A stretch of 64,000 nt of DNA. It comes from an uncultured Chloroflexia bacterium. Lineage in GTDB: Bacteria > Chloroflexota > Limnocylindria > Limnocylindrales > CSP1-4. The notes below the pieces were generated by a model that saw only the letters and a program-made list of their open reading frames with translations, made no database searches and was not told the DNA's origin. The DNA lies in the NCBI GenBank assembly GCA_963713975.1, contig OY970218.1, positions 3,040,001 to 3,104,000 of the forward strand, written 5' to 3'. The position numbers and the translations under genes were made by a program. This document shows positions 19,464-29,385 of the stretch, one piece after another. Position 1 is the first letter of the stretch. Each line of letters opens with the position of its first letter.

Positions 19464-20765
19464 TCAGGGCAGCGCGTCACCCGCCACGAATCGGTCCATC
19501 AGCTCGGTGTACCCGGGCAGGCCGCGGTCGTAGCCAATGGCCCAGAACCCTGCGCCCGCCAGGCCTCGCTCGTTCGCCAGCGCAAGCTTGGGTGCAAGGG
19601 TCGCAGGCGAATCCACATACACCGCCGTCCACGTCGGCGCCGCGGTTGCGGTCGGGCCCGGCGTCTCCCCGGCGACCGGGGCCGACGTCGACGCGCCGGT
19701 AGCGGCGCTAGGCGACGGCGCGCCGACCATCCCGTCCGACGCCGATAGGTAGACCTCCACCTGCTCGATCTCGTCCCGCAGCGGCACGATCGACGGGTCG
19801 CTGAGCAGGTCGACGTGGCTGCGCGGGAACCATGCCCTGCCCCTCCCCGTCGATGGCGCCCCGATGGCAGGCCCGGCGACCGGCCACTCGACGCCGTAGA
19901 GGGGCAGGCCCAACAGCAGACTCTCGGGTGGCACGCCCAATGCCTGGTACAGGTCGAGCGAGGTCCTGAGGGACTGCCGGCCTCCGTCGCTGCGGTCGAG
20001 CGGGGACGAGGCCCCGGGCTGGGACCGTCCCGTGCGGTAGTCGTAGCCCATGAGGAAGATGCGGTCCGCCCCAGCGGTGGCTGCGGCCGCCGCCATCGCG
20101 GCACCCAGAGAGTTGGCGGCCGTCGATACGGACACCTGGTCGGCTGGATCGGCGGCCACCACGGCGGCCCGCAGGTTCGTGATGAACGTTGCGTAGGCGG
20201 GCACGAGCAGCGGATCGAGGCTCTCGATGTCCACGTTGATGCCATCGATCCGGAGATCGCCGACGGCGGCCACGAGCGAGGCGATGACCTTCGCCTGGAG
20301 CTCCGGGCTCTCGAGCAACTTCCGGTTCCGGGCAGACCCGAAGCTCGTGTAGACCAGCTCGACCGCCGTGCCGCGAGCCTGTGCGTCGCGGATCAGGCCG
20401 CGCCCGGCATCTCCCGTGATGGTCGTGTAGCCGCGCTGGTTCGTGTTCAGCGCGCCCTTGGCCGTGTGAGTGACACTGAACATGGCCAGGGTCGTGAGCG
20501 GCGTTCCGGCCACGTGGTCCGCGATGCCGTCGGCACCCATCTCCCAGTACGGGAGGAAGCCGTACAGCTCGTGGCCGGGCGCAGCGACGGGGGCGGGTGT
20601 GGTGGCGGTGGCCCCAGGGGTCTCCACCGACGGCGCCCCTGTCGCGTCCACGGCGGCCGGCTGCGTCGCGAGCGGCGCCGACGTGACCTTTGGTGCGGGC
20701 TCACACGCTGACACGGCGATCAGCAACAGGATCGCGACCGCACTCCAGGCCCGGCTCCGCGTCAT
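19464..20765 (-). CDS. GH18 glycoside hydrolase lipoprotein
   Basis: Lipobox VSAC; DGINVDIE, LMGYDY, LGLPLYG, GFWAIGYD. Confidence 0.88.
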   Translation of the reverse strand: MTRSRAWSAVAILLLIAVSACEPAPKVTSAPLATQPAAVDATGAPSVETPGATATTPAPVAAPGHELYGFLPYWEMGADGIADHVAGTPLTTLAMFSVTHTAKGALNTNQRGYTTITGDAGRGLIRDAQARGTAVELVYTSFGSARNRKLLESPELQAKVIASLVAAVGDLRIDGINVDIESLDPLLVPAYATFITNLRAAVVAADPADQVSVSTAANSLGAAMAAAAATAGADRIFLMGYDYRTGRSQPGASSPLDRSDGGRQSLRTSLDLYQALGVPPESLLLGLPLYGVEWPVAGPAIGAPSTGRGRAWFPRSHVDLLSDPSIVPLRDEIEQVEVYLSASDGMVGAPSPSAATGASTSAPVAGETPGPTATAAPTWTAVYVDSPATLAPKLALANERGLAGAGFWAIGYDRGLPGYTELMDRFVAGDALP

Positions 20766-22603
20766 CCGCGCGCCGCCGACAGGATGGCTGCCTGCACGTC
20801 GCCCGCCTCGAACTGGAGCCGGTAGAACCGCGCGTACAGCCCGTCGCGGGCCAGCAGGTCGTCATGGGTGCCCAGCTCCACCAGCCAGCCATCGTCGAGC
20901 ACGGCGATCCGGTCTGCCGAACGGATGGTGGACAGGCGATGGGCGACGATGATCGTCGTTCGCCCCACCTGGAGCCGCTCGAGCGCGTCCTGGACCAGTC
21001 GCTCCGACTCGTTGTCGAGGGAGCTGGTGGCCTCGTCGAGCAGCAGGATGGGCGGGTCCTTGAGGATCGCCCTCGCGATCGCGATCCGTTGGCGCTGCCC
21101 GCCCGAGAGCCGCGAGCCGCGATCACCCACCGGCGTGCCGTATCCCTCAGGAAGCGCAGTGATGAAGTCGTCGGCGTTGGCCAGCCGGGCGGCCGCGCGG
21201 ATCTCGTCGTCGGTCGCATCGAGGCGCCCGTACCGGATGTTGTCCAACACACTGCCGCCGAACAGGACCGCCTCCTGGGGCACGAGGCCGATCTGCTCGC
21301 GCAGGCTCTGCGTGGTCACCCCGCGGACGTCGTGCCCGTCCACCCGGATGGTTCCGGCCGTCACGTCCCACAGGCGCGGGATGAGGCCCACGAGGGTCGT
21401 CTTGCCGGATCCCGACGGTCCGACGAGCGCCATGACCTCGCCGGGCCTGATCTCCAGCGTGACCTCGCGCAGCACGTCCGTCCTCCCGTCGTAGGCGAAC
21501 GACACGTGCTCGATGGAGACCGAGCCTCCGACCCTGCCGATCGCGGGCGTCCCGGGCGCGTCCTGGATGGTCGGCTCGGTGTCCAGGATCTCGAACACCC
21601 GCGTCACGGCACCCGTGCCCTCGCGGAACTGGCCGTAGAGGCTGGCAATGGTGGCCAGGCTCGCCCCGATCGTCACCCCGTAGAGCAGGAAGCCGGTCAG
21701 CGTCCCGATCCCCAGGTTGCCGTCGATGACCTGGTGGCCGGTGTACCACAGCAGCCCGGCGATCGCGACGAAGCCCAGGAACCCCATCAGCGCGCCGAAG
21801 GAAGCCCGCCACAGGGCGAGCCGCGAGCCGGAGCCGACGACCCCCGCCAGGTCGGTGCCGTAGCGCTCCTGCTCGAACCCCTCGCGAACGTAGCTCTTCA
21901 CCACGCGGATCCCGCCCAGAGCCTCCTCGGCGGTGACGGTGCTGTGCGCGATGGCGTCCTGGACCTCGGTGCTGACGCGCTGGAGCGGCCGTCCGAAGAG
22001 AACCGCGACCACGATCAGGGCCGGGGCGAGCAGCAGGGCGACCAGGAGCAGGGTCGGGCTCAAGGTGAACAGGATGAGCACGGACCCCACGAGCCCGATG
22101 AGGTTGGACAGCAGCGACGTCGTCGTCTGGGTCAGCATCACGCGGATGAGCATCACGTCGCTGGACAATCGGGAGACCAGCTCCCCGACGCGACTGCGCG
22201 AGTGGAAGTCGAGCGACAGCGTGACCAGGCGCCCGAACAGCTGGCCGCGCATCTGGGCCACGATCCGCTCCCCCACCACGCCCAGGAAGTAGGTCTGAAT
22301 GAAGCCACCCAGGGCCTGCGCCAGGAACAGGACCACGAGGCCGATGATCAGCCGGTCAAGGCCGGCGGAGTCTCCGCCGGCGACGACGGCGGTCACGAGT
22401 CCCGCAACCACGAGTGGCACGAGGAGCGCCAGGCCGGACCCGAGCAGCAGCCCGCCGATCGCCACCGAGAACGGGAACAGGTGTGGGCGCAGGTAGCCGA
22501 ACAGGCGCCGCCACGGGACGCCGCTCACGACCCGGATACGCCGCACGACCTCGCCGGGCGGTTGCGCAGCAGGGGTCGTCGAGGGATCCATCCTCGCGAT
22601 CAT
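20762..22603 (-). CDS. ABC exporter, fused permease/ATPase (MsbA-like)
   Basis: TMD plus GPSGSGKT, LSGGQRQ, LDEATS, AHRLST. Confidence 0.93.
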   Translation of the reverse strand: MIARMDPSTTPAAQPPGEVVRRIRVVSGVPWRRLFGYLRPHLFPFSVAIGGLLLGSGLALLVPLVVAGLVTAVVAGGDSAGLDRLIIGLVVLFLAQALGGFIQTYFLGVVGERIVAQMRGQLFGRLVTLSLDFHSRSRVGELVSRLSSDVMLIRVMLTQTTTSLLSNLIGLVGSVLILFTLSPTLLLVALLLAPALIVVAVLFGRPLQRVSTEVQDAIAHSTVTAEEALGGIRVVKSYVREGFEQERYGTDLAGVVGSGSRLALWRASFGALMGFLGFVAIAGLLWYTGHQVIDGNLGIGTLTGFLLYGVTIGASLATIASLYGQFREGTGAVTRVFEILDTEPTIQDAPGTPAIGRVGGSVSIEHVSFAYDGRTDVLREVTLEIRPGEVMALVGPSGSGKTTLVGLIPRLWDVTAGTIRVDGHDVRGVTTQSLREQIGLVPQEAVLFGGSVLDNIRYGRLDATDDEIRAAARLANADDFITALPEGYGTPVGDRGSRLSGGQRQRIAIARAILKDPPILLLDEATSSLDNESERLVQDALERLQVGRTTIIVAHRLSTIRSADRIAVLDDGWLVELGTHDDLLARDGLYARFYRLQFEAGDVQAAILSAARG

Positions 22604-22627
22604 GCCACGGGGCGGTGGTCGTGGCCC

Positions 22628-23599
22628 TCAGCGGTGGATCGAGGCGCGGATGGCGGCGGCACCGGCCGGGTCCGCGAACGATGCCTGCGTCCCCTGGCGT
22701 GTCACGCTGTCGGCTGCGAAGGCACAGCCCAGGCGGGCCGCGTCAACGGGATCCCAGCCCTCGGCCAGGCCCACCGCGAACGCGCCGACGAACGCGTCCC
22801 CGGCGCCCGTGGTGTCCACCGCCTTCACCACCGGCGGGGCGATGCGGCTGATCGATCCGCCACGGGGCAGCACGGCCGCGCCCCGCTCGCCGAGGGTGAC
22901 CACGAGGGACAGGCCCAGGCGGTTCGCGAGCGCGGCGACCTGGACATCTTCCGCGTCGGGGTCCCCGGAAAGCGCTCCCCCGCCCAGCAGCACGAACTCG
23001 TGCTCATTGGGAACCAGCCAGTCCGAGACGGCGAGCAGCCCCGGATCGAGGTCCGCCGCCGGTGCCGGATTGAGCACCGTGATCGCCCCTGCGGCCCGCG
23101 CTGCCGCGAAGGCGGCCGTCGTCGCGTCCTGGGGGATCTCGAGCTGGCCGACCACGACCGCGGGCCGGACGTCCTCGACGGCCTGGACGCCGAGCCCCGG
23201 TGGGACCTGGAGGTTCGCCCCGGGCACGATGATGATCCGGTTCATCCCCTCGCCGTCCACCCAGATGGGCGCCACGCCGGACGAGCCCGGCACACGTCGC
23301 ACGTAGGTCGTGTCCACCCCCTGGGCGGCGAAGTTGGCCAGGTACTCCGCCCCGTACGAGTCCTCCCCGACGGTGTTCACCATCGTCACGCGTGCACCGA
23401 ACCGGGCGGCGGCCACGGCCTGGTTCGCGCCCTTGCCCCCGAACCCCATGCGGAACCGAGTCCCGACCAGGGTCTCGCCAGCACCGGGCAGGCGGTCCGC
23501 ATAGGCGATCAGGTCGATCATCGTGCTGCCGACGACGAGGATGCCGCGTTCGGACCGGGGCTCGGGCTCGGGTTCGGGCCGGGGTTCGGGTTCGGGCAC
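22628..23599 (-). CDS. rbsK: Ribokinase (PfkB family)
   Basis: GGKGANQA, NEHE, DTTGAGDAF. Confidence 0.88.
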   Translation of the reverse strand: MPEPEPRPEPEPEPRSERGILVVGSTMIDLIAYADRLPGAGETLVGTRFRMGFGGKGANQAVAAARFGARVTMVNTVGEDSYGAEYLANFAAQGVDTTYVRRVPGSSGVAPIWVDGEGMNRIIIVPGANLQVPPGLGVQAVEDVRPAVVVGQLEIPQDATTAAFAAARAAGAITVLNPAPAADLDPGLLAVSDWLVPNEHEFVLLGGGALSGDPDAEDVQVAALANRLGLSLVVTLGERGAAVLPRGGSISRIAPPVVKAVDTTGAGDAFVGAFAVGLAEGWDPVDAARLGCAFAADSVTRQGTQASFADPAGAAAIRASIHR

Positions 23600-23685
23600 G
23601 GTTCACCTCCGTCATGCTGTGGCGCTCGTCGGGGCTATCGTCGCCTGCCGGGCCGGGACGCGCAGGCGCAACGCCCCCGCGAGCT

Positions 23686-24582
23686 TCAGACGCGGACGAG
23701 GGCGCGCAGGCCCGATGCCATCACCACCACAAGTGTCGCGGCCGCCACCACGACGATCGCGACGGCCACTACGGGCGGAACCACGGTGACGCCCGCCTGG
23801 TCCGCGCCCCACCTGGTCAGGGCCGTGGCCGCGCCCACGATCCCGGCGCAGATCGCCAGTCCCGTGGCCACGCGATCCACGGGCCGGTCCGCCACCCGCC
23901 GGTACGACGTCCGCGGCCCACTCCCCAGGCCACGCGCCTCGAGGCTGAGCACGAGCGTCGTCAGGCGGTCGAACGCACCGGCGACCACCGGCACCAGCGT
24001 GGGCGCCAGCGCTGCCAGGCCGCTCGCGCGGAGGCCCCGGGCCCGTTGCGCCTGGAGCACGTCGCGGAGCTCCTGCTGGAGTTGTGGGACGAGCTGCATC
24101 GAGAGCATCGCCATGAGCGACACCTCGTACGGGAGGTGCAGCTGGCGCAGCGACGCGAACAGGTCCGATGGGTGGGTCGTGGCCAGCATCACCACTGCGA
24201 TCGCCTCCATCGCGACCAGCCTCGCCACGAGCGCAAGCGCATGGGACAGGCCCTCCTGGTAGAGCGTCAGTGGTCCGATGGCCGCTGCCGTGGCGCACCC
24301 CTGGGCGCACGCTACCGGCGCCAGGGCCTGCAGGACAACGATCGATGCCCCGATGGGCGCGAGGGCGACCACGGTTCGCCATGCCCTTCGCCCGACGCCC
24401 GCGGAGGCAGCCAGGGCAAACCCGGCGGCAGCGACCACGACCAGCACCGGCAGCTCGTAGGTGAGCAGCACGACCAGGACCGTCGCGGCAAGCCAGGCGA
24501 GCTTCGGCACCGGGCTCATCCGGTGGAGCCACGAACCGCCGGGCACGTATGCGAGCAGGGACGGCGCTGCCATGGACGTCAC
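23686..24582 (-). CDS. ecfT: ECF transporter T component
   Basis: SWLHRMSP; AQRARG and LEARG motifs. Confidence 0.88.
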   Translation of the reverse strand: MTSMAAPSLLAYVPGGSWLHRMSPVPKLAWLAATVLVVLLTYELPVLVVVAAAGFALAASAGVGRRAWRTVVALAPIGASIVVLQALAPVACAQGCATAAAIGPLTLYQEGLSHALALVARLVAMEAIAVVMLATTHPSDLFASLRQLHLPYEVSLMAMLSMQLVPQLQQELRDVLQAQRARGLRASGLAALAPTLVPVVAGAFDRLTTLVLSLEARGLGSGPRTSYRRVADRPVDRVATGLAICAGIVGAATALTRWGADQAGVTVVPPVVAVAIVVVAAATLVVVMASGLRALVRV

Positions 24583-25430
24583 GGTGCCCGAGGTCCGGGT
24601 GGAGGGGTCGCCCGTAGCTCCGCGACGAGACCGGCGACCGTCAGCACGGGCGGGTGGCCCCGCAGACCCGGGATGGCCGCCCCGAAACGCGTCACCTGCG
24701 GCGCCAGCATGCCCGCCTCGGACAGCGCCTCGGGATCGGCGAACACCTCGGATGGCGTGCCGTCGGCGACGATCCGGCCGCGCGCCATGGCAAGGATCCG
24801 CCCCGAGACCGCGGCGAGGAACCGCATGTCGTGGGAGATGCAGACCACCGCCGCCCCGCCGTCGCGCAGGCCGACGACGAGGTCGGTGACCAGTGCCACG
24901 GTCCGGTGGTCCTGGCCCGTCGTCGGTTCGTCGAGGACGAGCACCCGCGGTTCCATCGCGACGACGGAGGCGATCGCCACCAGGCGGCGCCGCGGTGCCG
25001 GCAGCTCGAACGGCGACGTCCGGAGCACGGGGACGAGACCGAAGCGTCTCGCCGCGGCGTCCACGCGAGCCTCGATCTCATCGCGAGTGAGCCCGAGGTT
25101 GCGTGGCCCGAACGCCAGCTCCTCCGCCACGGTTCGCGCGAACAGCTGGGCACGAGGGTGCTGGAAGACCAGCCCGACTGTCCGCGCCAGCTCCCGGACA
25201 TCGTGCGTCCGCGTGTCGAGGCCGTCGACGGTCACGGTCCCGCCCGTCGGCTTCAGGAGCCCGTTGAGCAGTCGGGCGAGCGTCGACTTGCCCGCCCCGT
25301 TGCTGCCCGCGATCCCGATGACGTCACCGCCCCCGATGTCCAGCGAGACGCCGTCGAGGCCGACGATCCCGCCCGGATACCGATAGCTCGCGCCGTCGAC
25401 CCTGACGATCGGCCGTACGTCCCCCGTCAT
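24579..25430 (-). CDS. ECF transporter ATPase
   Basis: GSNGAGKST, FQHP..QLF, LDEPTTGQD. Confidence 0.9.
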   Translation of the reverse strand: MTGDVRPIVRVDGASYRYPGGIVGLDGVSLDIGGGDVIGIAGSNGAGKSTLARLLNGLLKPTGGTVTVDGLDTRTHDVRELARTVGLVFQHPRAQLFARTVAEELAFGPRNLGLTRDEIEARVDAAARRFGLVPVLRTSPFELPAPRRRLVAIASVVAMEPRVLVLDEPTTGQDHRTVALVTDLVVGLRDGGAAVVCISHDMRFLAAVSGRILAMARGRIVADGTPSEVFADPEALSEAGMLAPQVTRFGAAIPGLRGHPPVLTVAGLVAELRATPPPGPRAP

Positions 25431-26311
25431 CGGTCCGCCGCAAGCCAGGCGAGCCCGGCGTCGAGCGTCACCGGCAAGGAGGTCCGCATGCCACTCCCCA
25501 GGGCGTGGGCGACCGCCGTCACGTCCGGCACCCGGATCCCCGCGGCCGACATCCCGAGCACATCACCCAGCACGTCCCCTGGCGGGCCATCGGCCACCAG
25601 GCGGCCCTCGTGGAGCACGAGGAGGCGTCCGGCACGCTCCGCCAGGAGCTCCACGTCATGCTCGACGACGAGGATCGCCGTCCCGTCACCTTCGGCCACC
25701 TCGCCCAGCAGGTCGAAGACTGCGGCGCGCGAGCGCGGATCAAGGCCCGAGGTCGGCTCATCGAGCACCAGGAGCACCGGTCGCATCGCCAGCGCGCAAG
25801 CCAGCAGCAGCCGCTGCTGCTCACCCCCGGAAAGGCTCAGCGGCGAGCGGTCCGCCAGTCCGCCCAGGCCAACGTGTTCGAGCGTGCTCGAGACGCGGTC
25901 GACCATCTCCGGGTATGGCATCGCCAGCGATTCGAGGCCCAGCGCCACCTCCTCGGCCACGGTTCCCTGGCTGAGCTGCGCCCCCGGCTCGTCGAGCACG
26001 ATCCCGACCAGCGATGCCATCCTGCGCACCGGGGTCGCGAGGGCGTCCCTCCCGGTCACGCTCACCATCCCGATCACATGGGCCGTCACCAGCTGCGGGA
26101 CGATGCCGTTGAGACACCGGCACAACGTGGACTTGCCGGCGCCGTTCAACCCCGCGAGGCCGACGACCTCGCCGGCGAGAAGATCGAAGGTGACGCCGTC
26201 AAGCGCATCCACCGCACTGGACGGGTACCGGACGTGAAGGTCGCGAACGGCGACGACCGGGGGCGGGACACCCGGCGCAGCCCCGGTCCCGTTGTCCCGG
26301 GCAGTCATCAC
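25427..26311 (-). CDS. ECF transporter ATPase
   Basis: [26 protein letters not shown]. Confidence 0.9.
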   Translation of the reverse strand: MMTARDNGTGAAPGVPPPVVAVRDLHVRYPSSAVDALDGVTFDLLAGEVVGLAGLNGAGKSTLCRCLNGIVPQLVTAHVIGMVSVTGRDALATPVRRMASLVGIVLDEPGAQLSQGTVAEEVALGLESLAMPYPEMVDRVSSTLEHVGLGGLADRSPLSLSGGEQQRLLLACALAMRPVLLVLDEPTSGLDPRSRAAVFDLLGEVAEGDGTAILVVEHDVELLAERAGRLLVLHEGRLVADGPPGDVLGDVLGMSAAGIRVPDVTAVAHALGSGMRTSLPVTLDAGLAWLAADR

Positions 26312-26320
26312 GGCCGTGAC

Positions 26321-27004
26321 TCAGGCCGGCGGCTGGGTGAGCGCGACCGCGATGGCGAGCCCGACCCCAACGAGGACCCCGCCGATGGCCAGGCCCAGCC
26401 GTCGCGTCCCCGGCTGCTCAGGCAGGACCGCGCGGGCCGTGACCACGACCGGCAGGGCGGCGGTGATCGCGAGGCCCGCATAGGCGGAGATGACCTTGTC
26501 CGGGATCGACGACAGGACGCTGGAGATCAGCGTGGCGCGCTCGAGACCAAAGCTCGCGAGGGCAGCTGTGATCAGGTCGGACGGATGGCCCGTTGCCCCA
26601 CCGAACAGGAACAGGACGATCGGCGTGGCCAGGGCCCCGGTCACGACGCCCACGGCCACCGCCAGCAGGAAGAATGCGATCGAGCTCCGCCCCAGCCCGA
26701 AGGAGCGGATCCCATAGCCCCAGAGGAGTGCGGCGACCACGCTGACCGGGGCGAACAGGAGATTCGAGACGCCATTGGGAACGATGCCCAGGACGTTGGT
26801 GAGCACCCCGGCGAGTGCGCCCCACCAGGGCCCGAGCAGCACGGCCGCCAGGAAGGTCCCGATGGTGTCCAGGTAGATCGGCAGGCGCAGAAGCCCGGCG
26901 ACCCAGTTCGCGATGAAGTTGACCGCGACCGCCAGCGGGATCAAGGCGATGACGAGCATCGTGGGCGGTGCGCCGGACCGAACCCCGCCACTGCTGGCCG
27001 TCAT
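26321..27004 (-). CDS. ECF transporter S component
   Basis: LRLPIYLDTIGT..A..LGP motif and PDK near the end; multi-TM. Confidence 0.85.
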   Translation of the reverse strand: MTASSGGVRSGAPPTMLVIALIPLAVAVNFIANWVAGLLRLPIYLDTIGTFLAAVLLGPWWGALAGVLTNVLGIVPNGVSNLLFAPVSVVAALLWGYGIRSFGLGRSSIAFFLLAVAVGVVTGALATPIVLFLFGGATGHPSDLITAALASFGLERATLISSVLSSIPDKVISAYAGLAITAALPVVVTARAVLPEQPGTRRLGLAIGGVLVGVGLAIAVALTQPPA

Positions 27005-27152
27005 GCCACCTCCCTGGTCGTTCGAGTGCGACGGCTCCAGCCGTGCGGGAGACACTGTACGGGAGGGCGGGCCGCCCGATGGGGGCCGCGGGCGCGCGAT
27101 TGCGCGGCATCGTAGGCTGGCGGCGCACGCGTCCCACCCTGCGGAGATCGTC

Positions 27153-28229
27153 ATGACCGAGCGCTGTCTCATCCTTCTTGGCACGCCCAAGGGGGCGTTC
27201 ATCCTCGACGGCAGCACGGACCGCCGGGAATGGAAGGTCCGAGGACCGCTGTGCGGTGGCTGGCCCATCCACGACATCTCCGTGGACCCCGCCTCGGGGG
27301 CCCTGCTCGCGGGCGCGGGCAGCCCGTGGTTCGGGCCGGCGGTCTGGCGCAGCGACGATCTCGGTGAGACGTGGGAGCATTCCAGCGAGGGCCTGACCTA
27401 TGGCGACGATGGGCCGAAGGTCGCCAAGGTCTGGAACGTGACCGCGGGCCTCGACGGGATCTATGCGGGTGTCGATCCCGCAGGTTTGTTCCGCAGCACG
27501 GACGGCGGCCGCACCTGGGCCCACGTCGAGGGTCTCACCAACCACCCCAGCCGCCCGGAGTGGGGTCCGGGCCTCGGCGGGCTCATCCTCCACACCATCG
27601 TCCCCCACCCCACCGACCCCCGGCGGATGTGGGTCGGCATCTCCTCGGTTGGCGTGTTCGAGACGCGCGATGGCGGGGCGACCTGGCACACCCGGAACCA
27701 GGGTGTGCGCGCTGACTTCAACCCGGAGAACCGGTACCCCGAGTACGGGCAGTGCGTGCACAAGCTCGTCATGGCGCAGGGCGGCGGGGAGCGGCTCTAC
27801 CAGCAGAACCACTGCGGCGTCTACCGCTCGACCGACGGCGGCGAGGCGTGGGACGAGATCACCGAGGGACTGCCGTCCGAATTCGGGTTCGTGATGGCGG
27901 CCCACCCCCGCGATCCGATGACCGTCTGGAACATCCCCTTGACCCCGCCCGAGGAGGGCCGCCTCATGCCCGGCGCGGCAGCCGCGGTCTGGCGCACCAA
28001 CGACGGGGGCGCCACCTGGATCCGCTCGGGCGACGGGCTCCCACAGCAGGACGCGTACGTCGGCGTCCTGCGTGAGGCGATGGCCGTGGACCGCCTCGAT
28101 CCCGTTGGCGTCTACTTCGGCACCAGCACCGGACAGGTGTATGGCTCCGCCGACGAGGGCCGGACGTGGTCGAAGCTCGCCGACAACCTGCCGCCGATCT
28201 GGGCGGTCGAGGCGCATGTCGTCGCCTGA
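27153..28229 (+). CDS. BNR/Asp-box beta-propeller (sialidase-like) protein
   Basis: Repeated SxDGGxTW Asp-boxes; QCVHK, QQNHCG. Confidence 0.85.
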   Translation: MTERCLILLGTPKGAFILDGSTDRREWKVRGPLCGGWPIHDISVDPASGALLAGAGSPWFGPAVWRSDDLGETWEHSSEGLTYGDDGPKVAKVWNVTAGLDGIYAGVDPAGLFRSTDGGRTWAHVEGLTNHPSRPEWGPGLGGLILHTIVPHPTDPRRMWVGISSVGVFETRDGGATWHTRNQGVRADFNPENRYPEYGQCVHKLVMAQGGGERLYQQNHCGVYRSTDGGEAWDEITEGLPSEFGFVMAAHPRDPMTVWNIPLTPPEEGRLMPGAAAAVWRTNDGGATWIRSGDGLPQQDAYVGVLREAMAVDRLDPVGVYFGTSTGQVYGSADEGRTWSKLADNLPPIWAVEAHVVA

Positions 28230-28521
28230 CGCCACGCAGGTGGACGACGGCCCTGCGCCGGCCGTCGTCCACCTGCCCCGCTCGCTGGTGGCGCTGTTCC
28301 CCTCCGCGGAGCGGCGCATGTCCGCCGACGGATCGACGGTCCTCGATGTCATCAGGGACCTGGACCGCCGGGTTCCGGGCATCGCGAACAGGGTGCTTGA
28401 CGCCGGTCCAACGCTGCGGACGCATCTCAACGTATTCGTGGACGGCGACATCGCGGCGCTCGACACGGCGGTGCCGCCCGGCTCCCGCGTGTACATCATC
28501 CCGGCGGTGTCCGGGGGCTGA
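28216..28521 (+). CDS. MoaD/ThiS family ubiquitin-like protein
   Basis: C-terminal IIPAVSGG; overlaps the BNR gene. Confidence 0.88.
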   Translation: MSSPDATQVDDGPAPAVVHLPRSLVALFPSAERRMSADGSTVLDVIRDLDRRVPGIANRVLDAGPTLRTHLNVFVDGDIAALDTAVPPGSRVYIIPAVSGG

Positions 28522-28560
28522 GACCCGGTCCTGCCGCCTGCGGGTCCTCCGGCGTCGCGC

Positions 28561-29241
28561 TTACCCGCCCGAGCCGCCCAGGAGGTCAGCCGCCTCGTCC
28601 ACAGATGCCCGCTGGTCGTCCGTCTGGAGGTGGCGGCGATCGTGCGCGGAAGCGTGCGCGAACCGATCGAGCCGGTCCCGGAGGTCGCGCAGCCGGTCCA
28701 GCTGTCGTCCCTCGATGGCCGGCCACCACGGCGGGACCGTGCGCCGGTCCACGAGGGCCACCAGGTGATCGAGACAGAACTGCGCCGCGGAGACGGCCTC
28801 GGCCCAGGTGGGGTTCTCGGCGAGGCCGACAAGGCCCTCGACCGCCGCCTCGTCATGCTGCGAGAGGCGCCGGCACGCGGGGCAGGCAGGCGGGCTGCCA
28901 GCCTCCAGTGACCGACGGGCACGGGACCGTCGGCCGGCGGCATGCACGGCCTCGAGGTCCCGGAGCCGCGCGGTGAGGGTGGCCCGGAGGAGGATCGACG
29001 CCCCCAGACTGCCGGCCCGTCGCCGATCTGCCACGAGGAATGCGCGGCAGTGGTCCGGGCAGAGGCCACGCCCCTCGTCAAGCTCGCGCCGGAACGTGAC
29101 GTCGTTGACGCTCTCGGCGAGGATCGATTCCAGGTAGCCGGCGTCCGCACGGGCTCGCTCGCGGCACAAGGGACAGCCCGGTGCTGCGAAGGCATCCGCG
29201 AGATGCACGTCGGCACCCGTGCGTGCGGGGAGTCTCGTCAT
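28561..29241 (-). CDS. DUF6062-like Cys/His protein
   Basis: GCPLC, ESVND, GLCPDH, CPAC, FCLDH. Confidence 0.75.
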   Translation of the reverse strand: MTRLPARTGADVHLADAFAAPGCPLCRERARADAGYLESILAESVNDVTFRRELDEGRGLCPDHCRAFLVADRRRAGSLGASILLRATLTARLRDLEAVHAAGRRSRARRSLEAGSPPACPACRRLSQHDEAAVEGLVGLAENPTWAEAVSAAQFCLDHLVALVDRRTVPPWWPAIEGRQLDRLRDLRDRLDRFAHASAHDRRHLQTDDQRASVDEAADLLGGSGG

Positions 29242-29267
29242 GACGTCATGGTGGCCCCTGTTGGCGA

Positions 29268-29385
29268 CCCGCGCACGGCGGGCACGGCGTCGGCCCGCGC
29301 ACGGCGGGCACGGCGTCGGCCCGCCGCCCGCTCGCGTGATGGTGCCGCCCGCGCGCGTGGCGGCGCCGCCCGCTCGCGTGGCGGA
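29268..29385. repeat. Compound tandem repeat (2 x 26 bp plus 3 x 21 bp)
   Basis: cccgcgcacggcgggcacggcgtcgg x2 (29268-29319); gccgcccgc(t/g)cgcgtg-N5 x3 (29323-29385). Confidence 0.85.

Noticed and set aside
20690-24262. Very long antisense ORFs (e.g. 1190 aa here; also 50429-53008, 5055-7313, 11104-13173)
   Set aside because: They are shadow ORFs opposite well-supported genes, which is expected in high-GC DNA, and they show no motifs.
29268-29385. Possible CRISPR array
   Set aside because: The repeats are directly tandem with no unique spacers, and there are no cas genes.
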